Shown here: positions 55,903 to 64,000 of the stretch, piece after piece
How positions within the stretch are numbered: position 1 is the stretch's first letter
Layout of the letters: every line of letters begins with the position of its first letter
From: a bacterium
GTDB taxonomy: Bacteria; UBA8248
Reading direction: 5' to 3'
NCBI GenBank assembly: GCA_965221165.1
Contig: CBDCRP010000003.1
Span: forward strand, 1,888,001-1,952,000
Length of the DNA stretch: 64,000 bases
The notes under the pieces: model-generated
What the model was told of the DNA's origin: nothing
The model's input: only the letters and a program-made list of their open reading frames with translations
Database searches by the model: none
Made by a program: the position numbers and the translations under genes

Positions 55903-58900
55903 TTCCCGGCTCTTGAGGGTTTTACGCGAGAAGCAGGCGCGCCGCTCGCACCGCTTGGCGCGGAAGCGGCCACTCCGGCCCGATTCGCCGAGGCGAAGCT
56001 GCGGGGCCGTAAGAAGGCCAGGAAATCCACCCACAAGGAGAAGACGACCGGTATCAGCAGCAGGGTGAACAGCGTGGACATGGCCAGTCCGCCCAGGACG
56101 GCCGAGCCCAGCCCCCGGTAGAGCTCGCTGCCCGAACCCGAGGAGAGGACCAGGGGCAGCATGCCGAGCACGGTCGTCGCCGTCGTCATGAAGATGGGGC
56201 GCATTCTGTCGCGCGCGCTCTCCAGGATGGCCTCGCGCATGGGGAGACCGGCGCGGAAATGGTTCAGCGCCTGGTGGACGAGCAGAATCGCGTTGTTCAC
56301 CACGATGCCCGTCAGGATGATGAAGCCCAGCATGGTGAGCGTATCCATCTTCACCGATGGTTCAATCGAGTTCATCACGCTCACCATCAGCACGCCGCCC
56401 GTGGCGGCGAAGGGTACGCTGAACATGATGATGAGCGGATAGCTCCACGCCTCGAACAGGGCCGCCATCAACAGATAGGTGATCAGAATCGCGAGCAAAA
56501 GCGACCACTTGAGCGACCCCCAGGTTCTCTCCAAATCTTTCGCCCGTCCGCTCACGTCCAGCGAATAGCCGAGCGGAAGCGTCTTGCGCATCGGACTGAT
56601 GACCTCTCGCTTCATTTTGTCGATCGCCACCTGAAGCGGAAGTTCGTTACCGATGTTGACCGTAAGCGACACGGAGCGGTCGCGGTCGATATGCTCGACC
56701 TTGGTCGGCCCCAGGGCCGCCCGCACCTCGGCGATGTCCCCGAGCGCGACGACCCGGCCCTCGGGCGTGTGCACCTTGATCTCCGATATCCGCTGCGTCC
56801 TCGTGAAATCGGAAAGCGGCCCGCGCAGTATGATGTCCAGTTCCTCGCCGCGATCCCGCAAAATCCCGGCCTTGGTCCCGTTTACGAGCGTTTCCACGAC
56901 CCCCCCGATCTCTGAGACCGAGAGGCCGAACTCCGCCGCCTTCTGGCGGTCCACGTGCACCTGAAGCTCGGGATTTCCCAGGTCGAAGCTCGAGTTCACG
57001 AAGCGCACGCCCTCGAGCCCGCGCGCGCGGGCGCCCACGTCGGCGGCGATACGCTGAATCTCGTTCAGGCTGTTTCCGGTGATGTCGACCTGTAAGTTGA
57101 TTCCTCCGATGAAGCCCGAACCGCGCCGCCTGAACAACGACGCCTGTGTGACGAACGCGCGCACTCCGGGTATGCCCTGGAGGGTTCCGAACAATTTGCC
57201 CACGAGGCGGCGCATGGAAGCGAGGTCGGAATGTTCTTTTTTGACGATCATGCCGATGATGGGGTTTTGCGCGCGCGCCACGGCGAAAAACCGATCGAGT
57301 TCCTCGACGCGCGCGAGTCTCGCCTCGAGACTCCGCACGATTCTGTCCATTTCATCGAGGTTCAATCCCGGAGAGGTGCGCATGAACGCGAAAATGAGGT
57401 TGCGGTTGCCTTTGGGCAGATAGTCGATGGGAGGAAAAAACTGAACCGCCAGGACGACGGCGCCCGCCGTGATGAGCGTGGCCACGAAGAGGCGCCTGAT
57501 CACCCCGCGCAGCAGCCAGCTCAGAACGCCCACGTAGATTCGCCGGCAAAGCCTCCCCAGCGCGTAAACGCCCATGAGCCGGAACAGGCGGGTCAGCGGG
57601 GATATTCTGCCCGCATCGCTCAGGATGCGTGAACTCAGCATCGGCACCACGGAGATCGACACTACGAGGGAGAGCGCCACCGCCACGCTGATGGCAATAG
57701 CGATGTCGCGGAACAACTGGCCCGATTCGTCCTGAACGAACACCACGGGGACGAAGACGGCCAGCGTGGTCAGCGTCGAGGCCAGCACCGCCCCCCAGAC
57801 CTCTTGAGCGCCGTCTACGGCGGCATCCCACTTGCTTTTTCCCATCTCGCGGTGGCGGAAGATGTTCTCCAGCACCACGACGGAGTTGTCCACCACCATG
57901 CCGACGGCGAACGCCATGCCCGCCAGGGAGATGATGTTGATGGAGCGGCCCAGCACGAAAATAAAAATGAACGTGGAGACGACGGTGACCGGTATGGCGA
58001 CGCCGATGACCATCACGCTCGAGAGGCTCCCCAGAAACAGGAGCAGCACGCCTATCGCCAGCGCCCCGCCCACGAAGATGTTGTTGATCACGAGAGAGCG
58101 GGACTGGTTGATGTAGTCGGTCTCGTCATAGACCTGCCTGAGCCTGATGCCGCGCCCCGCGTAGATTTCGTTGACCTCGGCGATCGCCTTTTTGACCCCC
58201 GCCATGACCTTGATGGTGTTGGCGCCGGTTTTCCTCAAAACCCCGAAACCCATGGTCGGCACTTGCCGGATTCGAATCCGCCGCTCGGGATCTCCGTAGT
58301 CGAAGGAAACCTTCGCGACGTCGCGCAGATAGACCGCGCCGCTCCCGTTTTGCGCGATGATGGTATTGCGCACCTGATCGAGCCGCGTGAAATTGCCCAC
58401 CGTGCGCACCGCGTAGCGGCGCTTGCCCTCGTCGATCCTCCCCGCCTTGGTGTTCTTGTTCTCGCGCCGCAGGGCTTCTCGCAGTGCGGTAACCGTGATG
58501 CCCCGCGCGCTCATGGCGGCGTAATCGAGCGTGACGCGAACCTCCCTGTCCTGGCCGCCGAACATCCATACCTGCCCCACACCCTCCACGCGCTCGAGCT
58601 TGGGCCGGATGACGGCGTCTCCCTCCACGCGAACGTCGTTGATGGGGAGTTTGGTTTCGACGATCACCCAGGCGATGGGGTTTTCCGAGTCGGAATTGAG
58701 CGCACTGATGGTGGAGCGGTCCGAATCATCGGGCAGGTTGCGGACGAGTCCCAGTTTTTCCGAGACGTCGAGGCGGGCCACGTCCTTGTCCACGTCCCAG
58801 TCGAACTCCAGCACCACGCGCGATTTGCCCTCCTCGCTGCGCGACGTCATCCGGTTGAGGCCCTCCACCGAGGTGAGCTTCTCCTCGACGGGTTTGGACA

Positions 58901-59087
58901 CCTCTTCTTCCACCTCGAGAGGCGCCGCTCCCTTGTATTCGGTTTCCACCGTGATGACGGGCCTGTCGACCGTGGGCGTCATCTGCACCGGAATCCGGTA
59001 GAGGCTGATGGCGCCGAAGAGCACAGCCAGTATGACGCCGACGGTGGTCGTGACGGGGTATTTGACGCTCGCGCGGGGCAGATTCAT
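55899..59087 (-). CDS. RND efflux permease (AcrB/AcrD/AcrF family)
   Basis: 1062 aa; GMVVDNSVVVLENI, LASTLTT, GIVVNNAILLV, RMRPIFMT. Confidence 0.96.
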   Translation of the reverse strand: MNLPRASVKYPVTTTVGVILAVLFGAISLYRIPVQMTPTVDRPVITVETEYKGAAPLEVEEEVSKPVEEKLTSVEGLNRMTSRSEEGKSRVVLEFDWDVDKDVARLDVSEKLGLVRNLPDDSDRSTISALNSDSENPIAWVIVETKLPINDVRVEGDAVIRPKLERVEGVGQVWMFGGQDREVRVTLDYAAMSARGITVTALREALRRENKNTKAGRIDEGKRRYAVRTVGNFTRLDQVRNTIIAQNGSGAVYLRDVAKVSFDYGDPERRIRIRQVPTMGFGVLRKTGANTIKVMAGVKKAIAEVNEIYAGRGIRLRQVYDETDYINQSRSLVINNIFVGGALAIGVLLLFLGSLSSVMVIGVAIPVTVVSTFIFIFVLGRSINIISLAGMAFAVGMVVDNSVVVLENIFRHREMGKSKWDAAVDGAQEVWGAVLASTLTTLAVFVPVVFVQDESGQLFRDIAIAISVAVALSLVVSISVVPMLSSRILSDAGRISPLTRLFRLMGVYALGRLCRRIYVGVLSWLLRGVIRRLFVATLITAGAVVLAVQFFPPIDYLPKGNRNLIFAFMRTSPGLNLDEMDRIVRSLEARLARVEELDRFFAVARAQNPIIGMIVKKEHSDLASMRRLVGKLFGTLQGIPGVRAFVTQASLFRRRGSGFIGGINLQVDITGNSLNEIQRIAADVGARARGLEGVRFVNSSFDLGNPELQVHVDRQKAAEFGLSVSEIGGVVETLVNGTKAGILRDRGEELDIILRGPLSDFTRTQRISEIKVHTPEGRVVALGDIAEVRAALGPTKVEHIDRDRSVSLTVNIGNELPLQVAIDKMKREVISPMRKTLPLGYSLDVSGRAKDLERTWGSLKWSLLLAILITYLLMAALFEAWSYPLIIMFSVPFAATGGVLMVSVMNSIEPSVKMDTLTMLGFIILTGIVVNNAILLVHQALNHFRAGLPMREAILESARDRMRPIFMTTATTVLGMLPLVLSSGSGSELYRGLGSAVLGGLAMSTLFTLLLIPVVFSLWVDFLAFLRPRSFASANRAGVAASAPSGASGAPASRVKPSRAGN

Positions 59088-59291
59088 GCCCTCTCCTTCC
59101 TCGGCGGCCTTTCTTTGCGTCGCTCATGCGTGGAGCGGAGCCGGCAAAAATGGGCGGCCTCACGCAACCCGGCCAGATGAACTCGAACACATGCGTATGG
59201 CGGCATGAAACTCGGGTCCCCCCTGAACCCATCACGAGGCCGGGGATTCACACAGCCGCCGGATGACGAACCGCCCTCAGCCTGACGCGCC

Positions 59292-60653
59292 TCATCCACC
59301 GGCTCCTCGCCCGGGCGCAGCTTTCGCGGCGGGCTTCCCGCCTCTCGGGGGGCCTTGCCTCCCACCGGGGCCGCGCCAGCCGCCGCGTCCTCCGCCTGGC
59401 CGGCCGCCCCGGCCCCCAAGGCGAACGGGCATACCGGCCCTCAGGTTTTCGTTGCCCTTCACCACCACCTGCATGCCGGCTCTGAGCGCGCCGCCCGCCG
59501 CCTCCACGAAAGAATCCACGCTTCTGCCCTGTTCGAATGAAACCTCGCGAACGCGCCCTTTCCCGAAGACGAAAACAGAAGCCCCCCGCGCTCTTAAGAT
59601 CAGGGCGTCCTTGGGCACCAGAACCACCTTGGCCGCCTTTCCGTATTCGAGGCTCAGGCGGGCGAACATCCCCGCTTTCAGATCGTAGGATTTGGTGTTC
59701 TGTATCTCCACTTCCACCGGGAAGGTGCGGCTCTTGGGATCCGCCTTGGGGATGACGCCGCGCACCCGGCCCGTGAACGTCCGGCCCCCCAAGGCGTCGA
59801 TGACGACGCGCGCCTCATCTCCTACGCGCACCAGGGATATGCGCCGCTCCGGAATCGGGGCCTGCACCAGCACCCAGTCGAGTTCGATGACCTCGGCCAC
59901 GCGGCCCCCCTTGGTCAGCCACTGGCCGACCTCCACCCACTCCCGGGTGATGAAGCCGGTGAGCGGGGAGCGGATCTTCGTCTTGGTCAAGTCATCGCGC
60001 ACCCGGGCTATCCGCGCCCGCGCCCGGTTTACCTCCGCCCTGGCGCGGGCCTTTTCCTCATCCCTGGGTCCGAGCCTGGCGATTTCCAGATTGCGCGAGG
60101 CCTCTTCATACAACTGCCAACTGGCCTCGTAGCCGGCCGCGGCGCGATCGTGGCTGGCCTTGTCCAGCACTTTTTTTTCATACAAGTCCTGCGCGCGATT
60201 CAGTTCGAGCTCGTTGTTCCGCATCTGCGCTTCGCGCTCGCGCACCTTCGCCTGAAGGGCCGCTATCTCCTCGGGACGCTTGCCCCGTTTCAGGCGCAGG
60301 AGGTCCTGGCGCGCCTTCTCGAGTTCCGCCCGCAGGATGCGCAGTTCAATCTCAAGCCCCGAGCGCCCCACCGTGGCGAGCACGGTTTTGTTCGCGCGCG
60401 CGAAATCGCCCACCTTGAGCGGAGCCGACTGCACCCGGCCTTCCAATTCGCTGCTCACGACCGAGCGGCGGTAGGGCGCCACGCTGCCCACGACGGTAAG
60501 GCGGTTTCTCACCTCGCGCTCGATCACTTTCGCCACGGACACCAGAGGCGGCGGACGCTTTCGCGGACGACCGGCCTCGGATGTGGCGATATCCAAACCG
60601 AAACATGCAAGGGTGGTGACCAGGAGGATGGTTCGGGCGATGAGATGTCTCAC
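59292..60653 (-). CDS. RND periplasmic adaptor (membrane fusion protein)
   Basis: Long alpha-hairpin, KIRSPLTG, VEVGQW, ADPKSRTF, LKAGMF, VLVPKDA; Gly/Arg-rich tail. Confidence 0.93.
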   Translation of the reverse strand: MRHLIARTILLVTTLACFGLDIATSEAGRPRKRPPPLVSVAKVIEREVRNRLTVVGSVAPYRRSVVSSELEGRVQSAPLKVGDFARANKTVLATVGRSGLEIELRILRAELEKARQDLLRLKRGKRPEEIAALQAKVREREAQMRNNELELNRAQDLYEKKVLDKASHDRAAAGYEASWQLYEEASRNLEIARLGPRDEEKARARAEVNRARARIARVRDDLTKTKIRSPLTGFITREWVEVGQWLTKGGRVAEVIELDWVLVQAPIPERRISLVRVGDEARVVIDALGGRTFTGRVRGVIPKADPKSRTFPVEVEIQNTKSYDLKAGMFARLSLEYGKAAKVVLVPKDALILRARGASVFVFGKGRVREVSFEQGRSVDSFVEAAGGALRAGMQVVVKGNENLRAGMPVRLGGRGGRPGGGRGGWRGPGGRQGPPRGGKPAAKAAPGRGAGG

Positions 60654-60889
60654 GATTTCCTCTTTGCACGAGGCGCGCGCTACCCGCGCGACGATTCCTA
60701 AGCGGCAACGCTTTGGGACATGATCCCAAAACCCTTGAAAAACCGCAACTAAGAAGCCGAGACATCGGGTGGGGACGCCGCGCGGGCGCACTCTCTCATT
60801 TTCCTCTTGATTCTTTGGCGGCCCAAGGTTCATAATGACGCCACCATACATTTTATAGAGTTCCCCCGCTCGGGAAACGGTTTTCTCCC

Positions 60890-62497
60890 ATGCGCATCGT
60901 TCTCGCCGGTCACAACGTAGACGTCGACGTCCTCCGCCAAATGAAAAAAGAGATACTCGAACCGGCCGCCCACGGCTGGGAGGAGAACCGCCTCGACGCC
61001 ATGAGCGAGGCCGAACTCAGAACGCAGGCGTCGGAACTCCAGCGAAGGGCCGCCGATTTTCTCGATCGCGACAACCTGACGCCCGAGCCCATCAGCGCGT
61101 CCTACGCGCGCATCAGCCGGGACCCCCGGCCCATCGACGAGTTGCGCGCCATCGCGCGCGTCGAGGTGGAAAAGGCGCGCAAGAGCAACCAGAACATCAT
61201 CTTCGGCTACGGGCACAGTTCCGTGGCCGAGCACGCGAGCTTCAACATCGACGTCATCGGCGTGAGCCGCTACGCGGTGGAGGAGATCCAGAAGTTCAGG
61301 CTTCTTGCCTACACGGAGAAAAGCCAGCGCTACATCCTACTCGAAGACGACTTCGTCGTGCCTGAGGAAATCGAAAAAACAGGCCTGAAAAGCCTTTTCA
61401 CCCGGACGATAAAAGCCCAGAACGCCTGCTACCACGCGCTTTACGGGAAACTCAGGCCCTGGGTGTTCGAGCAAAACCCCGAACTCGCCGCCAAGAAGAG
61501 GAACCACAAGACCCTCGAGGGCTGGGCCAAGGAGGACGCGCGCTACATCGTTTCTTTCGCCACGGAATCGCAAATCGGCATAACGCTCAGCGCCAGGAGC
61601 CTCGAGCACGTCGTCAGCCGCTGCGCCTCTCACCCTCTCGCGGAGGTTCGCGAATACGGGCGTCGCCTGTACGAGTCCATCGAGGGCGTCGCGCCCTCTT
61701 TGGTGAAATACACCGACCCCACCGAATACAACACCCACACCCGGGCGGCGCTGAGGGAAGAGGCGTCCGGCATCATCGGGCGAATGGGTGAGGAGACGAA
61801 ACCCGTCCCGCCCATCGCCCGGGAGAAAGACGTTTCCCTCGTCGACGCCACTCCCGATGCGGATGCGCTCATCGCCGCGGCGCTTCTGCATTCATCCTCG
61901 GGCGAGACGATGTCGCGCTGTAAGGCCGCGGCCCAGAAGATGAGCGAGGATGAGCGCGCGCGCTTCATCGCCTCCACGTTCAGGTTCATGCGCGGGCACG
62001 ACGCCGTCCTGCGCGAATTCGAGAACGTGCGCTGCGTGTTCGAGGTGACGCTCTCCGCCGCGTGTTTCGGGCAATTAAAACGCCACCGCATGTCCACCCT
62101 GAACACCCAGCCCTATGACATCACCCTGGGCGTAACCGTGCCCTCGGCGGTCGCCGAGTCGGGCGCAGCACCCGAATTCCAGGCCGCCGTCGATGAAACC
62201 AACGCCGCGTATGAGAAAATCGCCGCGCAAGCGCCGATGGCCGCGCCCTACGTGCTCACGAACGCGCACAAGCGGCGCGTGTTGTTCTCATCGAACGCGC
62301 GCGAGCTCTACCACGTATCGAGGCTCAGGGAAGACCCCCACGCGCAATGGGACATCCGGGATAAATCCACGCAGATGATAAAACTCGCGAAAAAGGTCAT
62401 GCCGGCCACGATGCAACTGGCCGTGGGGAAGCATCTGTTCGAGGAAACCCACGCGGCGCTCTTTCCCGAAGAGGCCGAAAAAGCGGGGGTCGAGTAG
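60890..62497 (+). CDS. thyX: Flavin-dependent thymidylate synthase with two tandem ThyX domains
   Basis: GYGHSSVAEH, YTEKSQRY and EDARY in domain 1; LREFE, QLKRHR, NARELYH and HAQWDIR in domain 2. Confidence 0.9.
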   Translation: MRIVLAGHNVDVDVLRQMKKEILEPAAHGWEENRLDAMSEAELRTQASELQRRAADFLDRDNLTPEPISASYARISRDPRPIDELRAIARVEVEKARKSNQNIIFGYGHSSVAEHASFNIDVIGVSRYAVEEIQKFRLLAYTEKSQRYILLEDDFVVPEEIEKTGLKSLFTRTIKAQNACYHALYGKLRPWVFEQNPELAAKKRNHKTLEGWAKEDARYIVSFATESQIGITLSARSLEHVVSRCASHPLAEVREYGRRLYESIEGVAPSLVKYTDPTEYNTHTRAALREEASGIIGRMGEETKPVPPIAREKDVSLVDATPDADALIAAALLHSSSGETMSRCKAAAQKMSEDERARFIASTFRFMRGHDAVLREFENVRCVFEVTLSAACFGQLKRHRMSTLNTQPYDITLGVTVPSAVAESGAAPEFQAAVDETNAAYEKIAAQAPMAAPYVLTNAHKRRVLFSSNARELYHVSRLREDPHAQWDIRDKSTQMIKLAKKVMPATMQLAVGKHLFEETHAALFPEEAEKAGVE

Positions 62498-62541
62498 CGC
62501 GCTCTCCGGAACTCCGCTTTATTCCGAGGGCGAGAAGGATG

Positions 62542-63237
62542 TTATTTTCGTCGCTCGATGATCAAAAACCGACGCGTGTCCCCATGCGGTGCGTCGATTA
62601 GCTCCTTCAGGAAAAACCTGTCTTTCCCCCAGGCGGCAATCAGATAGGGCATCGCCACGATATCCACCCCGAAGGGATCGAGCTCATTCTGAGTACGCGC
62701 ACTATGATGGAAGTTGTCATGTTCCAGAATGCAGAGGCCGCCCACCCGCAAGCTGTCGATCCACGTATTGAGGCACGTTTGCGGATCGTAGCTATGATCC
62801 AATGAATTGCTGTAGACGAAATCGGCCCTGTTCAACCATTCGGGGTTCTCCTCATGGAAATCCCATTGTACGGTATGCGGAAAATCCTTCGCTGAATCGG
62901 ATATCTCCGTTCCTATGACCTCACAGCCTAAGTATTTACGAAACCACGCTTGCTCCTCTCCTCGTCTCGTACCATGACAAATACCGAACGTCGGCGCGCC
63001 GATTTCGCCTTGAATGTAGCCGGCGAGGAATTCGACGTTCTCTTCCATCGCCCAGGTCTGCTGAATCTTTCTCAGGTTACCTTCCTGCTGGATTTTTCGG
63101 TATTCCGCGTAGTCGAACGCCCCGTTCTCGTCCGTGTAGGCGTAAAGGGCGTAAGGGGAATCAAAACCCGGACCCGCCTTGGCTATCTTGTAACCGCTGC
63201 CGGCGAGAAGTTTGTTGATCATGTTTCGGATTTTCAT
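62542..63237 (-). CDS. Hypothetical methyltransferase-like protein (glycan-associated?)
   Basis: GICHGTRRG, GTEIS, DFVYSNSLDH, LRVGG; AAGGA RBS. Confidence 0.6.
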   Translation of the reverse strand: MKIRNMINKLLAGSGYKIAKAGPGFDSPYALYAYTDENGAFDYAEYRKIQQEGNLRKIQQTWAMEENVEFLAGYIQGEIGAPTFGICHGTRRGEEQAWFRKYLGCEVIGTEISDSAKDFPHTVQWDFHEENPEWLNRADFVYSNSLDHSYDPQTCLNTWIDSLRVGGLCILEHDNFHHSARTQNELDPFGVDIVAMPYLIAAWGKDRFFLKELIDAPHGDTRRFLIIERRK

Positions 63238-63314
63238 CGTTCGTCCTTTAATCTAACCGATGATGCCCGAGAAGAGAGCACCGATGAACAGGGATTCGCC
63301 GGCCGGAGCCACGC

Positions 63315-64000
63315 TCATGACTTGCGCCCGAAGAGGCCGACGCCGCTTCCGGTGCCCGCCTGCAATCGCTCGAATCCCGCCTTCCCGAGACCCGACACGA
63401 GAGCATCCACCCGCTCCCCTCCGAGGATGCGCGGATGAAATTCCACGAGTAGATACTCGACCCCGCCAAGATTCAGGGCGGGAATCAACTCCGCCTCGGT
63501 CCCTTCGGCATCCATGACGACCACGTTCGGGCGATGCTCCTCGACGACATCTCCAATCGCGTCGCTCCCGACCACCAGAGGGGCCGTTTCGAGGCCTTTG
63601 TCGAACATCGAGGAGCCGACGATATCGGCGTTCTGAAAAAACTCGACGTTTCGGCTGTCCGCGGTCACTGCTTTCATTCGCAGATTCGGCGTCAGGCCAT
63701 TCAACCGGAAGTTCGCTTCTATGACACGCCGCATTGCGGGGTTGGCCTCATAAGAAAGCACCCGGCCTTCACCGACAATCCTGGTCGCCAGCAGACTCGT
63801 CAGCCCGATGCCCGCCCCGATGTCCAGAACGCGATGACCCGGCCGCAGTATGGCCCTCAAAAGATGGAGTTCCCGCTCCTCGTAACTTCCCTTGAACAGC
63901 GCGGCCTGCACGGCTCGGGGGACGAAGTTCTCGCTCGCATGCACACGGACGCCGCCGATTCTGACGACCGCCGAGCGCAAGACGCGGTGCCACCCCAGTC
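63315..64000 (-). CDS. FkbM family methyltransferase (frame open to the window edge)
   Basis: GSYEERE, VLDIGAGIG, YEANP, VMDAEGTE, VEFHP. Confidence 0.88.
   Translation of the reverse strand, partial: LGWHRVLRSAVVRIGGVRVHASENFVPRAVQAALFKGSYEERELHLLRAILRPGHRVLDIGAGIGLTSLLATRIVGEGRVLSYEANPAMRRVIEANFRLNGLTPNLRMKAVTADSRNVEFFQNADIVGSSMFDKGLETAPLVVGSDAIGDVVEEHRPNVVVMDAEGTEAELIPALNLGGVEYLLVEFHPRILGGERVDALVSGLGKAGFERLQAGTGSGVGLFGRKS

Overview
GC-rich bacterial chromosomal window, probably from an uncultured Gram-negative lineage; the taxon cannot be called from sequence alone. It carries housekeeping genes (gpmI, ctpA, csaA, rimO, degP/Q, a DacZ-type diadenylate cyclase, gatA-gatB, queG, tandem-domain thyX), a LIV-type ABC importer, a hydantoinase/oxoprolinase A+B catabolic operon, an RND efflux pair and several hydrolases, SDRs and EamA transporters. 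Main points of interest: (1) a selenoprotein that the ORF track splits in two (GrdB/PrdB-like fold, in-frame UGA in a V-U-P-L-C motif, followed by a bacterial SECIS-like hairpin); (2) a dispersed hairpin module with a freely covarying 7-bp stem and a conserved 13-nt GA-rich loop, in five repeat-rich intergenic areas and at least twice nested inside other palindromic repeats; (3) a duplicated ~100-nt multi-stem element behind a frameshifted TbpB-like lipoprotein; (4) a defence hotspot with a fused restriction-modification gene beside a probable type III Res remnant; (5) gene-capture scars around an SDR gene. No rRNA, tRNA, CRISPR array or transposase gene was recognised. All calls are from motif reading, with no database searches.
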